NCBI RefSeq assembly: GCF_009914755.1
Contig: NC_060947.1
Origin: the human T2T-CHM13v2.0 reference genome, Homo sapiens
DNA: 64,000 bases
Reading direction: 5' to 3' (one strand)
The translations under genes were made by a program, and so were the position numbers. The stretch's first letter is position 1. Every line of letters starts with the position of its first letter. A model generated the notes under the pieces. The model had not been told where the DNA came from and made no database searches. It saw nothing but the letters and a program-made list of their open reading frames with translations. Below, piece after piece: positions 52,429 through 64,000 of this stretch.

Positions 52429-53051
52429 CTGCAGAAGAATAAATTATACCATTTATATAAATCTTAAAGACACACAAAACAATATATTACAAATCATTTA
52501 TGGCCACATGTCAGGGCACTTATAAATACAGATTGGAAAAATGTATACCAACTTTGGAAAAGTATCTCTGGGATGGGAAGGAAATGAGATTGGGAAGGGG
52601 TATAAGGAGATAGCTGTAATGTTTTAGTTCTTTAAAAAGATCAACACCTTAAAGAAAATGTGGCAAAATTATAACAATTGTTAAATCTTTGGTAGATACA
52701 TGGATGATGGTTCACAAGTCTATTTTTCTGTTTGAAATATTTCTTAATTTTAAAGAAGTAATGTTTTAGAATGACAGAAAATAAGACAATATGTGTGCTT
52801 TGAAAATGGAGATGTGCTAATATAGACTAATTGTAGCCTTTATTCTCCCAGCCAACTTAATTGGCTCCTTTATAAAAATTGTTTAAATTATAAATTAATA
52901 CACACTCATATAATCTTCGAAAAAAATATTCATAAAGTAACAGTGTGAGTGTTACTATGGCACTTGAACCTATGTGAAGCTGCTGTGATTCATATATTTT
53001 TTAAAGTAAATCATTTTAAAAATGTCTATACTTAGTAAAAAAATAAATTCA

Positions 53052-53156
53052 GGCTGGTCTGACTACAGTGGTATTTATTAATACAACTAATTAATCACAA
53101 CCAGTTACAGAATTCTTTGTTCCTTCTCCACTCCCTTTGCTTCACTTGACTGTCTT
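53052..53156 (+). pseudogene. Y3 RNA (RNY3) processed pseudogene
   Basis: GGCTGGTCTGA...TCACAACCAGTTACAGA..TTCTTTGTTCCTTCTCCACTCCC..TGCTTCACTTGACT matches hY3; poly(A) at 53157-53177. Confidence 0.92.
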
Positions 53157-53187
53157 AAAAAAAAAAAAAAAAAAAAAGAACATTCAT

Positions 53188-53466
53188 GGCTGGGCCCAGT
53201 GGCTCACACCTGCAATCCCAGCACTTTAGGAGGCTGAGGCAAGTGGATTGCTTGAGCCCAGGAGTTTGAGACCAGCATGGGGAACGTGGTGAAGCCCAGT
53301 CCCTACCAAAAAAGAAAAAAAAAAAAATTAGCCAGGTATGGTAGCATGTGCCTACAGTCCCAGCTACTTGTAGCCCCAGAGGTCGAGGCTGCAGTGAGCT
53401 GTGATCATACCACTGCACTCCAGCTGGGCCGACAGAGCAGACCGTCTCAAAAAAAAAAAAAAAAAA
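53188..53466 (+). mobile_element. AluJ
   Basis: Alu dimer with A tail. Confidence 0.9.
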
Positions 53467-53704
53467 GTACATTCAACCTAACTCATATGTATAAAGGACA
53501 CCAGGACTGATCACTGCCTGCTCTAGCACATAGAAATCTTGATTGTCAAATTCATACATCCAAGAGGGGCAAAAACTCCCAGCTCAGGTCCAGATCTAGA
53601 TCTGGCCTTCCTGTTAGGCTTCCTATTGAGCTCACTGTTATGTAAGACATAAGTTATAGAAATGATTTTAAATAACCCAAGACATCATGGAATAACTATA
53701 TTAG

Positions 53705-54067
<363 letters not shown>

Positions 54068-54517
54068 TAGTTAGGCTAAGTAAATTACAGCCAACTCACT
54101 CTACGAAATATTAGGTTGCTGTTAATAATGCAAAATATAAAGATCATCACAACACAGAAAAAAATTTCCAAAACAGTATTAAATAAAAATAACAAAAAAG
54201 TATATGAAAAAGGATCACAATCATGTAAAAACATGGGTACATGTGGATAAAGATAGGAGGGGAACAGAATTATCAGTTATATTATGGTAGCAGAATTGAG
54301 TGAGATTTTTCATCTTTAATTTCTTTCAATGTTGCATTAATAAATTATTTAACCAGTGTTTTAAAATACTCTATATAAAAGAATTAGCTAAACTATATCC
54401 ATTTTTCATAGCTATAAATCCACAGAAACCTTTGGGTGTATTTTAAAAAATATTTTAGATCTCTCAGGTTTCATTATTTTTTTTCCCTTTAAAAAAACCT
54501 TTATTTCACCATTATTC

Positions 54518-54574
54518 TTTTTTTTTATTATTATACTTTAAGTTTTAGGGTACATGTGCACAATGTGCAGGTTA
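54518..54574 (-). mobile_element. Very short young L1PA 3' tail
   Basis: TTATACTTTAAGTTTTAGGGTACATGTGCACAATGTGCAGGTTAG, near-identical to the reverse complement of 12240-12284. Confidence 0.85.
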
Positions 54575-55150
54575 GAAGTTTCATTACTTTAAAACCGAAC
54601 TAGGAGTCAAATTCAGTTGTCTCTCCTTTGGGATAGGCAAGTTAGGGAAGCTCTCTTTCTGCTTCAACCACTGCCTCCAGATTGCGGCTGCTATCAAGGC
54701 AGAATGGACAAGAATATTAGAATAAGGAAGTGACTTCTAGTCTCGGAGATCCACTTACTGACAGCACAATCCTGGGAAAGTCACAGAACCTCTCTAATCC
54801 TTATGTTCCTCAACCTCTAAGCTTCTGTATTTCCGACATTGTTCAGGGAAGCCAACTGCTTAAAGATTAATCTCAGATCCTGGACCCATCCCCCACCCCG
54901 CTACTTCCTCTACCTGGGGAAAACAGTTCTTAGTATTGGACGCCACCTTGCCAGGGACAGATGAAACCTTGAAGAGTTGATTATATCCCTAAAGATAAAT
55001 AACATTTGTTCCCCAAGAAGAAAACTAATATTCACTGAACACCTGTGCACTTGACACTGTACCAAGTATTTCATATATGCTATATTGTATATCTTCCTGG
55101 GTCCCACTAGACCACAGAACCAATTTCTGGAGGGAGCCAGGGCAATCTGC

Positions 55151-55382
55151 ATTTTAAATAAATTATTTATTTAAATAAATTTTAAATAAATTATTTATTT
55201 AAATAAATTTTAAATAAATTATTTATTTAAATAAATTTTAAATAAATTATTTATTTAAATAAATTTTAAATAAATTATTTATTTAAATAAATTTTAAATA
55301 AATTATTTAAATAAATTTTAAATAAATTATTTATTTAAATAAATTTTAAATAAATTATTTATTTAAATAAATTTTAAATAAA
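55151..55382. repeat. Pure-AT minisatellite, 28-bp unit ATTTTAAATAAATTATTTATTTAAATAA, ~8.4 units
   Basis: Seven full units, one 24-bp unit and a partial unit; lies inside a MER5-like remnant. Confidence 0.95.
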
Positions 55383-56681
55383 GTGCACACACAAGTTTGA
55401 AAACTAAAGGTCTAGGGACAAATCATTAGGGTGTTGTGGTGTACATTTTTTAAAATGTAATGGAAATTATCAGAGTATATTGCAAGTAGTAAGTGTTAAG
55501 TGTTGTTTCTGTAAAAACAGTTGTCGGTTATATATTGTCTACATGTGTACTAGGTCACAATATAAAATTTATTTCTTACTGTCGGTCACAGTCAAAAGGT
55601 CTGAAAAACACCGGCTGAGCATTACAGACTTAGAATAATGCACAGTGAGGCAGAATAAAAACAAAAAAGCAAGAAGAAGGAGATGGCATAATATCTATAA
55701 TTTAAGCTCCACAAGTATCTAGTGAATTAGCAAAATGCAAGACAGCTAAACTCTGATCATTCACAGTAATAAGCGGAATTAAGGTATTGGTAATTTGGCC
55801 AAAAGGCCAATAACGTTACTTTAGCCAATAACCTTATTCTACCCCCATTTTTTGTTTACTGTAGATAAGAACAAGTAGAAGGGACAAATTAATCAAACTT
55901 CACTATCTCTTATGCCAGATGGGATGGTCGTTAAGAAATGCATGGTATATAGAAAGAAGGGAAGCAGTTTAGTTCATTCATAATCAAATTCCAATACCTG
56001 AATAACCAAAAGTAACCATTCATTAAAACCTTCTGTGGGGTCCTACTATTGATCATGGCTAATCAGTCCTGAATACTCCAAATATTTATTACGCCATCCC
56101 CCCGCCGCCCCTTTGTTTAAAACCAAGCCACGGAATTTATGGGAAACTAGGGTAACAACTCTATCTCTAAGTGAACTTAAGACAACCAGATTCCCTAGCA
56201 GTGGCAAGCGAGCGGCGCGCCTGCTTTTCTCCACTCCGAGGCGGGAAAAGCAGAGCTCCCGGAGTCGCGATGTTCCTTAGAGTGGGAACGACACGTAGCT
56301 CAAGCCAGTGCCCCACAGGAACCGGGTGGCAGTTGACCAGGTGCTCCCCCGGGGACTTGGGGCCCGGAAGCCTTGCCTACAGAGGAGAATAAAAAGCGCG
56401 ATCCCACCTGCACACATACAAACACACTATCGCCCGCGACAAGCCAAGACAGAAGCACAACACGTGTTTCTGTCGCGTGGGGGAGACGTGAAAGGCTGGG
56501 GGCGTGGAGGACTGTAGCAAAACCTTCTCTACCCCCGGCCCACTGACCCTACCCTTCTGCCCCCGTCTCTCCAGATCGGCTGGAGTTCGAGTCCTCAGAT
56601 CGGGAATTCACGCGCGGGAAAAGCGCAAAAGAGAGCGAAGCCTGCTGACGAACGGGACAAACGAAAACCCCACAAACTTAC

Positions 56682-56800
56682 CTTACTGGCAAGTCGCCGC
56701 CGCTCGCTGTCCGGCCCTGAACTATACGGGCAGGCCTCCGAGACTGCTAGACGCCAGAGGGGCGGGTCCGGACCTGCTCGAGCCGGAAAGAATCGGCCTC
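56682..56800 (-). other. NUP62CL: NUP62CL non-coding exon 1 (TSS approximate)
   Basis: Consensus donor AAG|gtaagt on the - strand inside the CpG island. Confidence 0.75.
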
Positions 56801-57019
56801 CTTAGTGGGCAGGTTCCCGCTTAAGTGAAGCTAACCGAGACTGAGGCTTAAAAGGGGTCGACCTGGTTAACTAGAAAGGGCGACCAGTGACCCTGACCTG
56901 GACGCGCTCGGATTGGTCGATTCCAGTGCAGTCTCAGATGAGACTCTTCTATGATTGGCCAGAAAAGTCAAGCGGGAACCCGGAGGTTGGCAGGTGGGGG
57001 GCGGGAACAAAACAAAGTT

Positions 57020-57033
57020 GTTACCCTAGCAAC
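57020..57033. promoter_or_regulatory. RFX X-box GTTACCCTAGCAAC
   Basis: Fits GTTRCC-N2-RGYAAC; typical of ciliary gene promoters. Confidence 0.85.
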
Positions 57034-57099
57034 GGAGAGACGCCACGCTCTGCACAGTCTATTTTCGGAGCCTAGCCAGAGACGGGAAAACTGACCAAG
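57020..57099 (+). other. DNAAF6: DNAAF6 non-coding exon 1 (TSS approximate)
   Basis: Donor AAG|gtgagg at the edge of the CpG island. Confidence 0.7.
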
Positions 57100-57247
57100 G
57101 TGAGGAAACTCGAACCTCAAGACGGGGAAAGACAGGGTCCTCAGATGCTGTGGCTATCAGAAAAACTAGGGAGAACTCTAGATATTTATAACTCTGCGAG
57201 ATACCCCAAAAAGCCACAAGTTGGGCAAGGTGGAGAAGACCCGTTCC

Positions 57248-57298
57248 CTAAATCCCGCTATCCTAGACTCTTCACTAAATCCCGCTATCCTAGACTCT
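57248..57298. repeat. Tandem duplication of 24 bp CTAAATCCCGCTATCCTAGACTCT (27-bp period)
   Basis: Direct reading. Confidence 0.9.
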
Positions 57299-58058
57299 AG
57301 AAACAGGACGCTGCTTTAACAAAACTCGGTTTTACAGGATGTGAGTGAAAGATGGATGCTGATCGACTGTCAGAAGGCAAAAGTAAACATCTGAAAGTTT
57401 CCCAACTGGTCTTCTCTCAACTCTCACATGCACTTATTGGTTCTCCCTTCCCATTAATAATGACTAATTTGGGAATGTAAACCATATTTTCTTATAGGAG
57501 GACCTGGGTGCTCCAAACTGGAGCAGCCACTGTACCCTTCTGTTTTATATGTGCAGGCACGATTTATCCTGGCCTAGCATGCCTTGGTTAGGAAATGTTT
57601 TGGGGGATATCACACTTCAGACTGAAAAAAAAATGGCCCCAGTACTTACTACGTGAATAATGTCCTTTGTGCGACAACTTGAACGCTGTGGTCTGAGGGT
57701 TCCGGTGTTGCTTGGTTAGATAAGCTGAGGAGTGAGAAGTAATCAGACCTTCACTTGGTGGGCCCGAGTGTACTGTGCAGAGACTACTTGTACCTACAAG
57801 ACCTGCTACTCGCCAAGGGCTGATTGGGAGAGTAAGTATTACATGTCGTTTGACTGTAACTGTCAAAAGGTGGGGAAGTGTGACCAAAAAAATTAAATCT
57901 GAGTGAAGGGAGAGAACCTAGTTTGACCAAAGAGGGAGGAGTCATTACTCCTTAAGAGCTTCTTGTGATAAGGATTCAGAACAGAGACCATATTTCCTGA
58001 AGAAAGGAAAAAAATAGGACTAGGGAGAAAATTTAAAGCACAGCAAGAAAATTTGCCA

Positions 58059-58338
58059 GGCCGAGCGCGGTGGCTCCCGCCTGTAATCCCAGCACTTTGG
58101 GAGGCCGAGGCGGGCAGATCACTTGAGGTCAGGAGTTCGAGACCAGCCTGGGCAATATGGCGAAACCTGGTCTCCACTAAAAATACAAAAATTAGCCGGG
58201 TGTGTTGGCGCCTGCCTGTCTGGATGCTGAGGTGGGAGAATCACCTGAGCCCTGGAGATCGAGGCTGCAGCGAGCCGTGATGGCGCCACTGCACTCTAGC
58301 CTGGGCGACAGAGTGAGATGTGGTCTCAAAAACAAAAG
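58059..58338 (+). mobile_element. Alu
   Basis: Alu dimer, CpG-rich. Confidence 0.9.
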
Positions 58339-58552
58339 AGTTCTCATACTCCACCTGTATCTAAAAAGAGTCCCTCCAACTTCTTTTTAGATAGAGGTGG
58401 AGTATGAGACTTGAGATAGATAAACGAAGAGAAAAAAATATTAAGTGTATTGTTTGTCTGAAATGTACTATAGAGCATTCGATAATTCAGGATGGGTTCT
58501 ACAGATACCAAGGATTTGCCTCTCCATATTAAAACTAATTTTTCTGTCAACT

Positions 58553-58860
<308 letters not shown>

Positions 58861-58935
58861 CCCCTCCATTTTCAAAAAGGATTGGGATGGTACAGACTCC
58901 TTATGAATAAATGACTAAAACAGAGGAAATATTAA

Positions 58936-59245
<310 letters not shown>

Positions 59246-59844
59246 AAAAGACACTTTTTTTGATTTAGTAATCAATAACTATTTAATTTCTTGACTTCTT
59301 TTTCTATGAAAGATTCTAGGTACTTTCAAAAAGCATCTTCCTTAAATATATTTTAAATTTGAAACGAAAACTGTTAAGTTCCCATAGTTACTTATGAGTT
59401 AGTACATTTGATGGTAGCGAAAGTTAGAGACCTGAAAAAGAAACCATTCTTAGTATTGTAAAGATAAATTCAAAATGAATTATTTTTAATAGGTGGGAAA
59501 TCATTGATGAGTATAGTTATCAAAAAATGCAAAGCAGAAAGCAATTAGTCAGTATATTATAATTTAATTCAGACATAGGCAGAGATGATATCACTGTTGT
59601 GTTCTCAAGAATTTTAATGGAGGAATTGCTAAATAAGGCACTATATAAATAAAGTTGCTTCAATCTAGGAAAGCTGATTTAAAAAAATAAATAAATAAAA
59701 ATAAAGTTGCAGAAGAAATGCCAAATTTATTTAGAGAATAAATAGATTTTGAGTACTTGCAAATCATTGTGTTAAAGTCAGTATTTTACATAGGGATATA
59801 TCTATTTACTTAAACAAGTTCCAAAAGGATATTGCTTGGTGACT

Positions 59845-60141
59845 TTTTTTGGGGGGCAGGGAATGGAGTTTCTCTCTGTCACCCAGGCTGGAGTGCAGTG
59901 GCATGATCTCGGCTCACTGCAACGGCCACCTCCCAGGTTAAGTGATTCTCCAGCCTCAGCCTCCCAGGTAGCTGGGATTACAGGCGCCCGCCATCATGCC
60001 CGGCTAATTTTTGTGTTTTTTAGTAGAGTCGGGGTATCGCCATGTTGGCCAGGCTGATCTTGAACTTCTGACCTCAGGTGATCCACCCACCTTAGCCTCC
60101 CAAAGTGCTGGGATTACAGACGTGAACCACTGCGCCCAGCC
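59845..60141 (-). mobile_element. AluS
   Basis: Reverse Alu; TGCTTGGTG flanks. Confidence 0.9.
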
Positions 60142-60816
60142 CTGCTTGGTGGTTCTTTATCACCCTGATTTTATTTACCATATATACTTGAATTAATAAA
60201 ATCTATTATCTATTTGAATAGTCTGTAATTCAGAGTTTTCACTAATTTAACCTAGACTTTTCTACAATTAACTGATGTCAAAAGCCATCTTTATTGATAC
60301 TGTGAAGGAGACAAATAAAATAGAAAGCATGATCCCAGCCTTAGAACCAGTCTGACTTTAACTCAAGGTTACTGATGTTGCTTAAGTGCTGTGGGTCTGG
60401 AGCCAATCTGGTTGAACTTTTTCAGCCCCTGACTGGCTCCAGTGTTATGGTAATGAGCTGGTTCTGGAGTGTCAGTTGCTTTAGCTCATTGTGGCTAGTA
60501 GATGGTCCAATCATGCCTCTATTTATGAAGACCCCAAGTACTCAGGTTAATGTGGGAAAATCAAAGGCTCTGTCTGGAAAATGTTGCCATTAGCATTGGC
60601 CTAGCAAAAGAGAAGGAGAGAAAGAAAAACAAAGGGCCTAAAAAATTTATTTTCTAAATACAAATCTCAAATAAAAGACAGTAATATATTTTGTTTTTAC
60701 TGAAACTCTTAAATTTTCCTTACTTTAAGTTTATTCTTGGCCTATTTAAGTGACAGTGCCAGATTCAAACATTTTAGGCAGTGTGGCTCCAGAATCTTCT
60801 TTTTCATTTTTTATTG

Positions 60817-61134
60817 TTATTATTTTATTTATTTATTTATTTTTGAAACAGGATCTCACTCTGTCTCCCAGGCTGGAATGCAGTGGCCCGATCTGGGCTC
60901 ACTGCACCTTCCATCTCTGGGACTCAAGCAATCATCCTGCCTCGGGCCCCTGAGTAGATGGGACCACAGGGGCACGCCACCGCGCCCGTCTAATTTTTGT
61001 ATTTTTTGTAGAGTCGGGGTTTCGCTATGTTGCTCAGGCTGATCTCGAACTCCTGAGCTCACGTGACCCGTGAGCTCACCTTGGCCTCTCAAAGTGTTTG
61101 CATTACAGACGTCAGTCAGCCACCATACCCGGCC
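60817..61134 (-). mobile_element. AluJ
   Basis: Reverse Alu; AGAATCTTCTTTT flanks. Confidence 0.88.
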
Positions 61135-62004
61135 AGAATCTTCTTTTTAAAAATCGCTACACTGTACTATCCAATAAGTCAGGGCAAAAGGAAGAATGCA
61201 CTCCAAGGTACAAAGGCAGGAAATTATAGAGTATGTTTAATAAGCAGTTTAGTTTTTAACAGAATATGTAGGAGAATAATAGAAGGGAAGGACAGAAAAT
61301 TACGTTGGGACTATATCCTGAAGGACCTTGATTGCCAGACTCAGGATGAACTTAAATGTATATCACATTTAGAAATAAAAGATAGAGCTATAAACTAACA
61401 CTGCATAGTTCATTGTAGTGAAGATAGTTCCCTACAAATAGTTCTTTGTAGTTCCTAAAAAGTCCTCCTGTTTTAGTTTTTCAGCTGTGATCCACTTGTG
61501 TCAAATGAATTTTAATAAATGTTTTTTAATAAAGTTGAATAAGTTATTCTAAATATGTTAGACTTCTTAAAAAGCTAGTAGAATCTTCCTTTCCATTGAA
61601 TTTTGAATGTTTTTTTCTAAAAATTCACAAACTGTTTTTCTCTTTTGATACTTTGAACCATTTAACTAGTTAGTCACAAAATATTTGGGATTCTTTTGTT
61701 TATCAAAATACAATATCAACAAACTTGTCATGATTGATTTATTTATTTTTGTTGTCATGATTTATTAATTTGTGTTTACAGATTATTATTACATTTGATA
61801 TGGCAAAAATATTTTGGCTAAAGTGGTAATTTTATTATTATATTTCTATTTTAATTGAGCTATAGTGCAAATCTATGGCATTTTATTCCAGCATAATTTG
61901 GAAGTCCAATTGTACTTTAAGAAGTCTAACTCCTAATATGCTTCAGATATATAAAGTGTTACTAAGAATTATTGTGAATAATTTAACAAAAACAAGTGTA
62001 CACG

Positions 62005-62400
62005 TTCCAAGGAGGACCATCCCCTTCGAAGTAGTCACTTTAGGAGACTAATCTATTTACTCTAATGTTGTTGTTATTGCTAAAATTGCTTTTGAAACTT
62101 CTGTTTTAGAATCACCTTGAGGCATGTAGCACATTCTTTTGAATATCCTCAAAGAAGAAAATCTTCATATTTTGAAAGTAGACATGATATCTAAATATAT
62201 CTAGAAATCACTTGGCGACAAATCTGATGTGTAATCAAACCAAATGATACCATAATGATACCATAATGATACCTATTTTCTTGGTGATACATATGAAGGC
62301 AATTCCAAATAAAAAGAAAAATCCCAAAATATTTTGAGCATTGATAGCATAATTTACATCAGTGTATAACCTTCCAAATGACTATTTTGAAATATAACAT
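62005..62400. mobile_element. Possible ancient mariner-like (MARNA) remnant
   Basis: CCCCTTCGAAGTAGTCACTTTAGG motif and a matching TGACTATTTTGAA. Confidence 0.45.
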
Positions 62401-63232
62401 TCAGATGAATTTAGTCATGCTTCATTTGGTATTAATCAACTGCTGACTATGTGCCAGCTGCAGTTATTAAAGACACTAAATCTACAGGTATAGCTTCCCA
62501 CTGCTCACACTGGCCTACTTCCCACCTAATGAGAACCAGGCCAGAGTTCCTTTCCAAATAACTGGTAGGGATTTAGAATTAATCTGGTTTTTCTAAATCC
62601 AGTATCCAATGTACCAAAGGAACCATAACATTCCTTCATAACCTCCACTGTGGGTACCTAGGTGACACGAGAAAGCCACCGACACAGTGCCTGGTTTGTT
62701 TTCTCTTTTCCAGCTGGAACTTTGAGCCCTATTCTGCCCTATTCTGAACCTTCATCTCTAGTAGTCAACTTGTGCACAAACCTCAAGAACTGTACCCCAC
62801 CTTCTATAGGCCAGCGTCCTTCTTCACTTTAAATAGGTCTCCCTGTAACCATGACTTCAACCTTTCTGCCCTGAAGCACTGCTCATGTCTAAAAAATATG
62901 TTCCCAAATGATGATACATAATGTATCATACACTTTTTCTAGAGGTAGGGCTTAAGAATCTGCATTTTAAACCAACTCCCCCAAGTGATTATTAAGCACA
63001 TTAAAACCCGAGAACCACTATACTAGGTGCTCAATAAGTGCTTGTTAGCTTGAGTATGACATTTTAGTAAAGCAGGCTGAATGTTTGAGTTTACTTGGTG
63101 CTCCAGGTCTGTGAGTTAGCAAAATACATATATTTGAAGGAGTTTAAAAGGATTTCCAAGGAAGTATAAGAACCAATGGAGTGATCCAGGGAAAGAAGGG
63201 AGATATGACAATAAAACATCTTCATGTCTTAA

Positions 63233-63499
<267 letters not shown>

Positions 63500-64000
63500 T
63501 AACCTGTTCCCACCTAGCTGTGGGAACAGAGCTGTGTCATTTGATACATTCACAGGAAGCTACAAGGCTGATTATGCATGACAATGTAACCTGTAGTACA
63601 TTTCTAGCAAAGATAATTATATTTTTCTAAACCACCTGAACACTGAATAGGAAAATAGTTCTGTAACTGTGGTAGCAATAGCCACATCTCAAAATGTTGT
63701 CATTTATATTTATAGCCAAAGAATGCTTGACAACCATTGCAGAGTGGTAGCTAGGATTGTTTAAGCCTAGGCAATATTTCTATAAAACAAATATTTTCAG
63801 TTATACAGTATTAATTGGACCACCAAGTACCAGTCCCTTAATTTTTTAATTTGTCTACACATTAACGCAGAACAGAAAGTTTTTGAGCCAAATAATAGGG
63901 CAAACTAGTTTCAGCCTACCAAAATTGGCTTCCCAGTAATGCACAAATAAAGTTGTGGAGTCTAATTAGTTGAGTAGCATTTGGGGTCAAGATAGGTAAT

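Larger units (their letters stand above)
56200..57100. promoter_or_regulatory. CpG-island bidirectional promoter of NUP62CL and DNAAF6
   Basis: High CpG density; GC boxes at ~56759 and ~56998; inverted CCAAT at 56912 and 56954; divergent splice donors at 56681 (-) and 57100 (+). Confidence 0.9.

Noticed and set aside
56046-57300. Short ORFs in the GC-rich region
   Set aside because: Expected by chance in a CpG island; no recognisable homology; mostly non-ATG starts
62700-63116. Strong-looking acceptor (ttttctcttttccAG, 62714) and a gtgagt donor at 63111
   Set aside because: No coding or homology support; overlaps a MER5-like remnant; cannot be called an exon from sequence alone

Overview
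Human (primate) genomic DNA matching the Xq22.3 NUP62CL / DNAAF6 (PIH1D3) head-to-head locus. NUP62CL runs on the - strand from a CpG-island promoter at ~56.7 kb, with coding exons at 25590-25647, 18153-18288, 4600-4750, 3958-4007 and 3676-3810; its 3' end lies left of the window. DNAAF6 starts on the + strand at ~57.0 kb, with its first coding exon at 63281-63436. The rest is dense in repeats: a full-length L1PA2-type element, older L1s, ~28 Alus, THE1 and LTR12 LTRs, MER elements, a Y3 RNA retrocopy and a pure-AT minisatellite. Main observations: (1) Most of an ancestral, intron-containing, full-length NUP62 gene can be read in the NUP62CL introns. It includes two dead FG-repeat exons (start ATG now ATC, frameshifts, a stop, an L1 tail insertion), one intact in-frame cassette exon, and one intact exon that would continue the C-terminal coiled coil. 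(2) The full-length L1 carries an intact ORF0 whose second splice donor is in frame with the next NUP62CL exon, predicting an ORF0-NUP62CL fusion protein. Gene, subfamily and homology calls come from my recollection of the proteins and repeat consensus sequences, not from database searches. Repeat boundaries are approximate unless a TSD is quoted.
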